The notes beneath the pieces were generated by a model. That model was given only the letters and a program-made list of their open reading frames with translations, did no database searches and had not been told where the DNA came from. The translations under genes were made by a program, and so were the position numbers. A stretch of 36,658 nucleotides of DNA from Catajapyx aquilonaris (Eukaryota). The DNA is taken from the NCBI GenBank assembly GCA_000934665.2, contig KZ538052.1:124001-160658 (forward strand), written 5' to 3'. Shown piece by piece: positions 22,308 to 33,430 of the stretch; position 1 is the stretch's first letter; every line of letters starts with the position of its first letter.

Positions 22308-23933
22308 ATGGACAGGTAGATTCTCAGACGGTGGAGCCGTCTAGTGGCCGGAAAGTGCAGTTTTTACAGGAAAGAAGGGCGACTCGTGCTTGGCTCACAC
22401 AGTGGGGTCGGAAGTCACAATAATGTTTCACTTCTGGCAGAGAAGATGCCATTTACTGTGCTGATACTACATCCCTTCCTGAACGTAAATAGCCCCAGAC
22501 CACAAGTTATAAGGCTCTAATTAGCCCGTAATTAATTCATCAAAATGGTGGTATTCAGGAAACATATATTGCGGCATTCCACTCTTATTTACAGCTATTT
22601 ATCATGTATGTCATGTTATTTTCACACACGTTGTAGTGTAAAATAAACTCCATCGAAATATTAAATAATTTTAAATGGTAATTTTATCATTATAACATTA
22701 AATAAGGCCGCCAAAAGTCGGAAAATAAACTTTTCAGCTACATGGTCATGTTTGGTATGAAATAATGTGTTTTTGAGGGTGCAGAATTCAGTGGTGGCAC
22801 CGAAAATAGTACCAGACAATTCCTGAAGTAATACAGTGACACCTGTCTATAACGGACCCTGCTTATAGCGTAAACCTGTTCATCACGGAAAATTTTTAGG
22901 GTCTCGATTCTGCTATACACAGGTTTCATAGTAATAAACGCTTTGAAAAGATGTACCTTGTTTTCATTTTACACTGACCGTCAGACACTAGAAGTGGAAT
23001 TAATTATACAGCAGAAAATGTGCATTTTTGAAAGATAAGATGTGTTTATAGTTTTTTTTTTAAATTAGTCCGAGCATCCCATCCGACCACTGGGTAATGC
23101 AATCAGAACCATTCGTATACATCATTTCTTGAACATCGACCTTCACATGGGGGTAGCTACATTGAAAAAACAAGTTTTTCGCGAATTTACATGAAGAGCA
23201 CCGTTTCTTGCAGGGTCCACTTGCGATCAGCTCTTCCGAGGTTTTCGCGACATCTGCAATGGTTGACCCTGGTATACCACAGCCGCAAATAGATTTTTTC
23301 CATCCCCAAGTATCTGGTGGTGGCTGTGTGTGGCTATGTAGAGCAGAATCGAGACCCTAAAAATTTTCCTTAAGGGACAAGTTTTCGCTACATTAAGTAG
23401 GGTCCGTTATAGACAGGTTTCACTGTATTACTTCTGGGATTGTCCGGTACTATTTTCGGTACCACCACTGAATTCTGCACCCTCAAAGACGTATGATTTC
23501 ATACCAAACATGACCATGTAGGCATGTAGCTGAAAAGTTTATTATCCGACTTTTGGCGGCCATATTTAATGTTATAATGATTAAATGGCACTTTAAAATT
23601 ATTTAATATTTCGATGGAGTTTTACACTCCAACGTGTGTGAAAATAACATGACAAACATGACAAATAGCTATGAATAAGAGCGGTATTCCGAAATATATT
23701 ATTCTTGATGACCGCCATTTTTATGAATTAATTACTGGCTAATTAGAGCCTAAACACTTGGGGTCTGGGGCTATAAACGTTCAGGAAGGGATGTAGTATC
23801 AGCACCGTAAAAATGGCATCTTCTCTGCCACTATTTCGGACGTTCCGACCCCACTGGCCGCATACACAGTTTCCTGCCAGAACTTGCGCTTTAGACCGCC
23901 AATGGCGCCACCATCGAGAATCTACCTGTCCAT
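22308..23933. mobile_element. Non-autonomous long-TIR DNA transposon (probably Academ-like) with ~600-bp inverted arms
   Basis: 22308-22922 and 23334-23933 are diverged reverse complements (ATGGACAGGTAGATTCTC...GAGAATCTACCTGTCCAT). The spacer holds a decayed WGW...Cys-rich coding remnant. The inverted repeat is directly visible; the superfamily is an inference. Confidence 0.8.
23103..23329 (-). pseudogene. Decayed C-terminal Cys-rich (CXC/Cys8-type) transposase fragment
   Basis: Minus-strand translation QPPPDTWGWKKSICGCGIPGSTIADVAKTSEELIASGPCKKRCSSCKFAKNLFFQCSY/(frameshift)PCEGRCSRN resembles the P-x-P-x-x-WGW...ELI-x-C-x-C...C-x-C...C-x-G-x-C tail of invertebrate transposase proteins. Confidence 0.6.
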
Positions 23934-24155
23934 AGACAGTCCCAAATGGCAAGGGCATGTACAGTGTACACACAATGGGATAATCATTTTCAGTGCCATC
24001 CCGCATGTGAAAATAGGCTTTGATTACACCAACATATTTCAGCATTTATTACTGACAGTATTTATGTACATACACTGATGTAAGCAATATGCATATATAA
24101 GTTGCATGAGGTAATTTGCATAACATCGTAAAATCTCTCATAGCTCAACAATGTA

Positions 24156-24161
24156 TTTATT
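24156..24161 (-). terminator. Candidate poly(A) signal of the copine-like gene (alternative at 24045-24050)
   Basis: AATAAA on the minus strand at the end of an AT-rich ~1.5-kb stretch downstream of the stop, followed by T/GT-rich sequence. Confidence 0.4.
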
Positions 24162-25692
24162 GTGGCAGTAAAAGTTAGTGAAACATGTTAGACCATTGCA
24201 CTGTACATAAAAGCCAATAATAAATTAATACATTAACTTTTAATTCCCAGATTGTACAATATGATAATAATCGACTGTAAAGTGTTAAAGAGAGCATGCG
24301 ATGTACTGTAATAGGGTGTGCCATGTACTTTTACAGCCACAATAATTCACAGCTTAATATCCAGTCTTTTAAAAACATCTTACAATATCCTTATGTACAA
24401 TACAGTTTACGAAAGGTCACATAAAACTACAAATCCGACATCAATACAATACATAGTTCTACGTTTCTACCACAATAAAATACATCTTAAAATTTCACAG
24501 GATTTAAAGTGCCTCCGTTTTTTGTCACCCTCAAGTTCGGTCAGTAAAACATCAATGAAAATATTCATGAACGAAAAAAAACATGCCATCAGTGTAGAAA
24601 TAGACGTTATAGTAGATCAAGAGACTGCATCGATACCTTCAACCTCATCACGCCATAAAAATAGCCTCTAACGATTGCCTATCTTTGAATTAATCATGAG
24701 GTGAGCAAGTAATCACCAAAGTATACCCGTATGAATTCGCGATTGCAAAATAGATATAGGCTACGTCAATAATGAGGTGTAGGCAGTACTAGCAATTCTT
24801 AGACATCGAGTGTAATCAGCTTTTCGGCGAACACCGAGCCCACAAATAACGAACAAGCCAGCAACGATTACAAAATATATTTTTAAAATATTTGATTGGA
24901 AAAAAGTGCACGTACATTACAAGCAACATACAGCGAACAATAAAAGGCCTCTGAATTTTTGCAGTGTTTCTCCAAGGTTTAATATCTATAAGCTTGCATA
25001 AGTAGGCATAGCTTTGTAAATAATTATGCAGTCATATCCACTTCTAATTGCATATCCGTACCAGTAGTTCATCTCGACACATAGTCCACACACGATTAAA
25101 GTGAATAATTTGTCTATAGTTTTCTTCCGATAAATATATACCTAATTTGATTACGTGCTGGTGAGAAATATATAGAACTATGTATACACATATATACATG
25201 AATATCAAAGAGAAGGCAGAAAGAAGGTATTTGACTGCACCTTTTCCGGTGTTTCTCTGTGTGCGTACGCGTATGTCCTCCTTCGCTATATTTGTATGCA
25301 GTTTCATTACATATTGAGATCTTTGGCACAATAATTAGGAAGCGTTTTTGCATGCCTTTGAGCTAATCATTACATTTTGGTCTTCAGCAGCAGTGAGATT
25401 GGGCAAACAACTCAGTAATAACGTGCACACATAATATGACTTACAATGCAGGAATCATTTTCAGGTCGACCCGGTTGTAGCGCAGAACAAACCAGACTTT
25501 AAATTATTCGCGGTTTAACTCCGAGGCCTGATGCATTACAAATTACAGCAACGTTAAATAAAATATACGCTAATTCCATTGTCAATTGCAACATCTGCGT
25601 AGTACATTCGTGGTAGTACATTCTCCTCCTATGTATCATCCTATAGGATAATGGCCTAAGCCAACCTTTACACAAACATGGCCAGATTACGA

Positions 25693-26772
25693 TCAATCCA
25701 CCCCATCCCCACCACCGAGGTATCCCAGCCTCCTTATGACCTGAAGCTGATCCGGAACCTCCATTAGCGCCTGCAGTGCAAAAGCCGTCTCAGAGTTACA
25801 ACCAGTCTGCAAAGCCCTGTGGAACTCCACGAACTGGAAGTTGTCGAACTTCCTCTCGGGTATCAAATCGTCAAAGTCCTCCATCAGGTCCCATGGTCCG
25901 TCCCCAACACCAACCATCACAATACTCAGGGGATGTTCGGAGGCCTCAACAATGGCGTCCACTGTTTGACGATCCTCAATGGCCACCTGTCCGTCTGCTA
26001 TGATCACTAGAAGGTGGTAAGAGTTGGATGACTTTACATGTTGAACTGCCTTTCGGATGATAGGTCCGTAGCTGGTGGGTCCACTGAGGACCACCTTTCG
26101 CACCACTTCGTTGTACCTCTGGAGGACCTCCCGGAAGTCCTTGCATGGTGTTCCATCCTCCTTCAGCGGAAACACTGCAAAGTCCTGGGTCTTGGAGTCG
26201 CCGAAACCATACGCGTGGATAGAGTGGTCCTCACCCAAGAACGGTTGGATTGTCTTACCCAAGATGGACACCACCCTCTGGTATGGGTTGTACACTCTGG
26301 CACTCCTCAGGGGATGCAGACGGTGAAGGCAGTTCCGGTTGAATGTCCTCTTCCCTTGCCATTCGTTCGAGGCTGAGAAGTCAACACCGATGACCAGTCG
26401 GGCTGACCTGAGTCCTGCAGCCCGCATGCCCTGGCTGACCTCATCGAATGACTGGAAGTGGTCCTGGAAGGCCTCGAAGTCTCCATCGGCCACTTGACCT
26501 TTCAACCCTAGGGCCTCCAGCATCATACCCAGACCAGCCTTGTTGTCGCTGCCTTTCAGCCTCCTGCTGCTTCTTCTTCTTCTGATGCTGTTGTTGTTGG
26601 ACGTTGGACTCTTGTTGCCTTCCGGGGTGACCTCAACCTCATTAGGTGCCAGTTCAACGGTGATGTCCGGTGTTGTTGGTGCTGTTTGTGGAGGAGGAGG
26701 CCTGTAGGTGTGTAGTAGATAGAAGCCAACCATGGTGGCCACCACGAAGAGCACCAGGGCCATGTCAAACAT
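25693..26772 (-). CDS. Copine/RGLG-like von Willebrand factor A domain protein with N-terminal transmembrane segment (359 aa, single coding exon)
   Basis: Long GC3-rich ORF. It contains copine vWA motifs LVIGVDFSASNEWQG, NPYQRVVSILGKT, AYGFGD, LSGPTSYGPII, YHLLVIIADGQV, IVEASEHPLSIVMVGVGDGPWDLMEDFDD and RKFDNFQFVEF...ALMEVPDQ, plus hydrophobic ALVLFVVATMVGFYLL at the N-terminus. A splice acceptor (ctttggcAG at 26812-26811) implies an upstream UTR exon. Confidence 0.9.
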   Translation of the reverse strand: MFDMALVLFVVATMVGFYLLHTYRPPPPQTAPTTPDITVELAPNEVEVTPEGNKSPTSNNNSIRRRRSSRRLKGSDNKAGLGMMLEALGLKGQVADGDFEAFQDHFQSFDEVSQGMRAAGLRSARLVIGVDFSASNEWQGKRTFNRNCLHRLHPLRSARVYNPYQRVVSILGKTIQPFLGEDHSIHAYGFGDSKTQDFAVFPLKEDGTPCKDFREVLQRYNEVVRKVVLSGPTSYGPIIRKAVQHVKSSNSYHLLVIIADGQVAIEDRQTVDAIVEASEHPLSIVMVGVGDGPWDLMEDFDDLIPERKFDNFQFVEFHRALQTGCNSETAFALQALMEVPDQLQVIRRLGYLGGGDGVD

Positions 26773-29700
26773 GGCTCACGTCATGCCTTTCCGCATGCCG
26801 ACGCGTCCTCCTGCCAAAGGGACAGTAAGACAATTAGAAAGGGAGGCACTCAATTACACGTCCTTTAATTAACGCAGGCACTGAGCCATGACAATTGCGT
26901 TCTGGTTGGTATGTCATGATCGCTGTTGGGCAACAGGAACACCGAGGTATGAAAAGGTCAACGGAAGTACGAGACGAGTCATTTCAATAGGCTCGGATAT
27001 AAATAAGCTGAATTGTGGTGTAGTTTCTCTCAACTAGATCATAGTGTTTTAGCGGATACCATTTCAATGAATTACAGGATATGAACAATGGTGAAACTAT
27101 GTGTCTATTGACCACACAATGGGGCTTTAATTGTCCATGTATTGATTGAATGATGCAGGGCATGTAGCACATGCACATCAAAATATACCCACAACGCATT
27201 GCTTACATGCAATCAAATTAATAGCAAATGCCAACATTGAATGAGAAAAACTGCAGTAACCATATAGGAAGTTTCATATATGGCTAGGGAATAACCAAAT
27301 AATTCAGAATGATTGGCTGTGCAAACTCCCCTCAAGTAGACGAAGCATGCATAATAATGCATATACGTTCAGGTCATCGCGGTATGATCTGTAGTGCAGT
27401 TTCCACCCAATTTACATATCAAAGTCTGCCATTAAAGCCGAGCGCACAATATAGCATTTCAGCCGCCCTAAATCCATCCACGTTAATTATACCAAACGTG
27501 TGTGTGTGTATAGAGAGGCTAGATCCATTTCATCCTAGTCCACTTCATGCCAAGCATTTATCCAGCAGGTTTAGTGTTGAAAGAGCTTCCAGTGGGTCTG
27601 ATGATGAGAACGTAAGGGGGGCGAAGGCCAACAGGGAGCGGTGGGGCGAAGCCCATTCGCCCCCATTCGCCCCCATTCGCCCGCCGAGCGCAGCGAGTAT
27701 ATGACAATACATCTGTAAATGTCATCATTATTTCGACACCAGAACCTTTTCACTGTCTGGCATATACAGTGTAAAAGACTACTAATACTGTACAGATGTA
27801 GGATTCACTGAAGCACATATACTATATCAACTCTTGCCATCATATATACTGTAGAAAATGTTCTATGAGAAAAGTTCAAAACTCTTTCTAAGCCCCCTCG
27901 AGGCTTCATCCATCCGACATCTTCTTATAAATGGATCTTGGAAGTTGGTCCAAGGATCCGCTAGGAGATACCGGACATCGTGTACTCAGACAGCGAAATA
28001 ATTTAATATGCCTTACAGTGCATTTCGAGAGAGAGAGAAAAAAGGTACGTCACTAGGGATTACCGGCCTGGGTTTTGACTTTGACGAATTGCGAATCGCA
28101 AAGGATCCGTTTCTGTCACAGTGACCTTACCTGTGATTGCGAAAAAAAGGGTCGATAAGTACATATAGTGAGAGTGCAACAGTGTTTGTTCATTTAAAGT
28201 GTAGCTGTTTGAGTACAGACGATTGATACTAGTTATGACATCGGTATTACGTGCGGTTTTTCGCGATAACAAAACGTGCCGATACATAGTACCAACCGCA
28301 ATCCGATACGCATATGACCTGTCAAAGCAAGGTCGCACACACAGCTCGACACGTAGTTTGCAATTTAAATTTTAAAATTTGAAGCCAAATATCTTGCTGT
28401 GTTACCGGATCCCGGACTTTTCCCTCCCGCCGTTTCGCCCCCGGACTTTTAGCCCCCGGCGTATTTGCCCCCGTGACAATTTCTCCCACGCCGTGTACAT
28501 CCCAGCAGCATTTTGGACTCCGTTGCTTTGTATTGTAAACAAGAGAAAATTTGCTCAATTTTTTTGCAAAATGGTGCCAGAAAATTAATAACTATTGCAA
28601 ATACCAGTCCTAGTTTAATTTGCTGGTTTCACTCTCTGCATACCTAACCCTCATTTTCTAGTAAACAATCTGTTTTGCTACTTTGCTTCCGTTTCAGGTT
28701 AGAAAATTACTCCCGACCACCAGTTCCATAATAAATTGGAACCCTGGTACGTGCTGAACATACAGATTGAAGCACCTAGTACATGCGCCGACTGAATATC
28801 TGCCAAGTAATCCATACTTTGGTCCAGAATATGAAGTGTGCGAAGTTCTTCGGACACTAACGAATGGTGACACTCTTTTCATTAGTCCAGCGACAGTAGG
28901 ATCGTAAAACATCTGATGACCTTTTAGAGACAGAGTCCATTTGTGTGTTGTCTCTATATCACTGGTTAAACGAGGCAGTTTCCTGCCCAAGAAGCCTTAC
29001 TTTGAAGGAGGAAACGAACCGGGTATGTATAGCTAACATTACTCTTGGTGATTAAACTGCTAATTGCGAGCAGACACTTCAAACCAGGTCATGTTTAGTG
29101 CGTAATTCTGAACCGAGCTTCAAATAAAGATTAATGTGAGCCCATTTACTATAGAAGTTGGGAAAATGAGTTGGTGTAAATAAATAGGCGGAAAAGGTTA
29201 AAGGGCATTTAGTTTTTTAAATAAGGCTGATGGATACAAATTGTGGACCGTTTTTGGTGTAGGGGGTGCCACTGCGGGGTTTTAACCGGGGCTTTACCCT
29301 TACGGAACGGCTCAGCACATTCTAATCTTCAAGATTTAGATATGCATGAATCAGGAGGTAATATTAATTTGAGAATGTATATTCTAATTAACCCGATTCT
29401 GTCAGCCCGCCGCGCCGGTCCGTTCAATCCCGCCTTGATGAGTAAGTGAAGGCCCACGCCATCTCTGGCCCACTTCCAGAATTACTGCTAAATTTCGGGG
29501 GCGAAATTGGCTCAAAATTGATCTTCTGAGCAATTTATTGGACTTCTTTTGTGATTTCAGTCTTCTCTTCAAAATAAGTCTTATAGAATGGCGCTGTCTG
29601 TCCGTCCCTCCGTGAACAAGTATACACCGTATGAGATAGCGACAAACGGTTTTCGGATTCTAATTGTGTGACCCAATTAGGTTTCATGGTCAACTTTCAG

Positions 29701-31682
29701 TGACCGGCCACTCCCGGTTTCCCCAGTAAATGAGAAAAAGTATACTCGAATCACGTGCATGATTTGTCAATATTGTTTTATCTATTCTACAGGCTTCTAT
29801 GTAGTCTATAACATACAATAAACAGTATTAAAGCAAAATAAATCAGTGTCGAGTTGATTTTCTTAGAATAGTCTTTTAATCCCAAATTTTGATAGAAAAG
29901 GCCAACAAAATAGTGTATTGTCCAACATGGTGCGGTCTTTGCTCCACTTGAAATATGTAAAGGTCGAGTCGTAAGAGTGTGAATAATTGAAAGCCTATCT
30001 CGTGTCAGAATACCTTGAGGGATTCCTTGTGGTCACTCGATTGGTCTACAAAAGGGTGGACATTATAGTCTCCTTTGATGTCTAATGAATTATTCAGCAG
30101 CGTTTAATGAGTCTTGTCTGGTCTCAGATCAAATTACGCTTGCAGCGCTTGGTACGTGAGTAAGAATACGTTGCTTATTATTATATCAAGGCATGACCAC
30201 AGGCGTGGTTTTACAACTATGGAGACACGGGCTTATTAGTACTCGTAATCACATTACAGCATAGCAGGTGCCAACTTACATGACTGTGTGGCCTTTGAAA
30301 AATATAGCATATGACCTTATCAGTATTACACTTTTTGTAACTTGACGGATGATAGAGTGACATTAGACTGAAGTGTTCCATAGTCGACTTCAGAAAAATG
30401 TTGCTGAATTCTCATCGTCTGAAACATTAACATAAATAATGCAAGTTGAGAAACGGTTGCAAATGTGTGTAATTTTTTATGTCCCAAAAGAACTCGTGTT
30501 GCTAAAGATCATTAAAGACTCGGTGGAGAAACTGCTAAGTATGCACAGAGAACTCTGAATGTTCCAACTTAAAAAAAGGGGGGCAATTTCTCTCAGGAAC
30601 TCCAAAAGATTAACATCATTGAGAGGGTCACATGAGACTTCCTTTTGCATTATTTACTTCCTTCATCCTTCCTATATCCCCAATCTCACCTGAGGCTAGA
30701 AAGCTTCTTGTTACCTAAGATGGAAAAAATCGCTCGATACCGTTGGTTGGAAAAAAACATAGCATCAAATATGTATGAAGTTACTTATAAAGGCCAATAG
30801 GGCAGTAAACTGATCCACTGTGGCGTAAATACTAATTAAATTAACACACCTATGACCTTCTATTATTGGCGTAACATTTGGATATTAATCATAGTTGAAA
30901 GGCATACACTGGGGCACTTTATCCTGGTTTTTAAGCAACCCTTCACACACTGTGGGGCCTGTGTGAAGGGTTGCGTAAAGACCAGGCCGAAATAATTCCT
31001 CTAGCACAAACGCCGCCGGAAAACCCAGTAGTTCGTATAATTTTTAATCGCCATAATTCCAACCCTTTGTATTAATTCCGACCCCTTTGTGCTTGCCAGT
31101 TCAACACAAAGGTACAATGGCACCCTTGCCGATTTTTAGGAGCCAGTAATCACATCCAAAATTTACACCAGACCTAGCAGGGTAAATGTAGCGCCCGCCC
31201 CTGAGGCGCCATCTGCAACAAAGTCGAATAAACTGCCAACTGGGTTACGTCAATGCCACCTTTCCCTAAAGGTCGTCCCCCAGTATTTTTCCGGACCAAG
31301 ATGTCTGAATTGTGAATGAAAGTAGACGCAGGTAATATCCCTAGGGGAAACCAAGCCACTTTACGCTCCGCCGCAGTCCAATTCAATCAACAGACAGCCG
31401 TCAGAATGCGGCTGCGCAGAACATCCGCGCATAAGGATCAAATTTCTTTTGTGAAATCGAAACCCCCCCCACATGTTTGCGGGGATCTATTTTGTGGAGA
31501 AGGCTCAAACTATTTGTAATACCCCACGAAAAGTAGGCAGGGATTGAATATAGGGGGTTGTTTGGTGGGTGGTAAAGTCCCTGACGTAATACATGCCTCG
31601 GGAAAAGCTGTTTGAAAGAAGATGCTACATGATCCTCTAGGGGATATACTATTATACTATTACACTACCTGTATATGCGACA

Positions 31683-31849
31683 CTGCCGTCCCAAGGTAAA
31701 ACACCCTAACTTGAAAACTAGTAAGGGTGAAAGTCGCATGCACGCCTTGCACTAATCCCCTCTGAGTCAGGGGGTATTAGTGAAGGGCGTGCATGCGACT
31801 TTCACCCTTACTAGTTTTCAAGTTAGGGTGTTTTACCTTGGGACGGCAG
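31683..31849. mobile_element. Palindromic MITE, ~167 bp
   Basis: CTGCCGTCCCAAGGTAAAACACCCTAACTTGAAAACTAGTAAGGGTGAAAGTCGCATGCACGCC is repeated in inverted orientation almost perfectly around a short loop. No clear TSD. Confidence 0.75.
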
Positions 31850-33099
31850 CTCATCTCTATTCATATTCCGAGGAGAACAAACTTCGACGCTTGTAATACT
31901 AGATGTGATTTGTGGAGCTGTAATTATGCACGTTTATTAAAAGTCAATAAGTGGCGTAGCATTAGACACCGGAAGCTTGTTATCGATTCGGAGTATTTTC
32001 CGTAGCGTCTTAAAGCGTGGGAGAGATATGTCACTATTGTGTCGGAAATATGATCTGGGATAGGTCAACTAAAAAATATTAAATATTAATTACACATATT
32101 AAATAACAATATCGACCGTACATTTTTCCATAACATATTCAGCATAGGTCTCGACACATGCGTACTGTTTGATCTAATTAGGCTAATGCACACCCAGCTT
32201 ATTAATGTGGTTGTGTCATCTCCCAGTTTTCAGTCAAGGTTATATCTCGACGCATCTTCCAGCTTTACGATCCACGATGAAATTAAGCTAGTTAAGATGA
32301 ACATTCGGATGTAAAATGTTAATTGCGCTTTTAAAACCAGTAGTTTCTATCATACTTAAATGTTGTCGCAGTTCATACAACAATGGCAATTAATGAGAAC
32401 GATGCAGATTCAGCTCAGATCAATGGTTAAGTTACATCCTTTTTTTATACTGAAGAATCAAGAAGTTATGTAACTAAGCTCTAAGACCAGATGTGCCCTT
32501 GGTATGACCGTACAAAAAATAGAATTACGGAGCGTTACCCCTGCAGGCAGACGTGGGATGCGTAGTAAGTAAGTTACCGGTACTGTTATTATCGGAGAAT
32601 GACATGATGCCCTCGGGACCTTTAGAAGGAAAGGCACCGTGGTTAGGATTTAGCTATTATCGCAGCCTTAAAATAATCAATTTTTATACGACATATTGAA
32701 AGTTTTAAAAATACAATGTATTTCAACCCTCTATTACATCTGGAACATTAGGCAACTTCATAGTGATAAACTGCCTGTTATTATATTGACAGGTCATCAA
32801 CTATAGCATGTAAGTAATGGCCGGCGAGTTTGTTTTACAGCCAAAATAACCATGCCCCGGACCTTTGCTTTTGATGCTGGTAGCATGTATGGGTAACACG
32901 GATCAGCGACCTGAAACGAGCGATCGCAGCAAAAACCAGGCCTAACTGGCAGCATCTGGGACGAGACGGGAATAATGTCCGCAATTTTAGGAAGCCTGAT
33001 ATTGACCAAAGAATGGACAGTGTGGACATTGCATTCTTTAAAAATCGGACAAATATTTCATTAATTTAAAACCATGTTTAAAACAAAAAGCAAAGTGTG

Positions 33100-33430
33100 T
33101 CCGTTGGGTTGCATCATTCTAGGATGAAACCAAGTGGACCATTTTCACCTTGATTGAGTGCTGTTGGTCCTAAGCATATGCCTGAAATTTAATTATAGTC
33201 TCTCCAGGACGTGCCCTATTAGGGCAAGATGGGAACAGCAGCTTCTGATTACCAAATAATCCCCATAGACCCGAGCCTTGTTGTCCCAGAAGAGTCCAGG
33301 CGTGCCAAGTTCTCCAATTGGCTAATTGCTTTTTCCAGCGGGGAATACCCTCAGGTCTTGGTTGTCACATCCAGCCCCAAAAACCTGTACCCAGATTGGC
33401 TGGAGTGGATCTGTGGCTTAACACAAAAGC
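33100..33430 (-). mobile_element. Possible decayed RLE-type (R2/NeSL-like) non-LTR RT C-terminal fragment
   Basis: SGYRFLGLDV (cf. YKYLG), ISQLENLARL, KARVYGDYL and W-FH..DAT occur in the expected order but broken by stops and frameshifts. Confidence 0.3.

Noticed and set aside
25776..26376. Plus-strand ORFs overlapping the copine CDS (likewise 14240-14695, 19518-19946, 21190-21587)
   Set aside because: Antisense shadows of real coding exons, with no recognisable motifs.
13023..26772. Functional cluster linking citrate export (acetyl-CoA supply) to SWI/SNF chromatin remodelling and the copine gene
   Set aside because: Each gene appears to have its own promoter; same-strand adjacency of three genes is not evidence of a system without conserved synteny or co-expression data.
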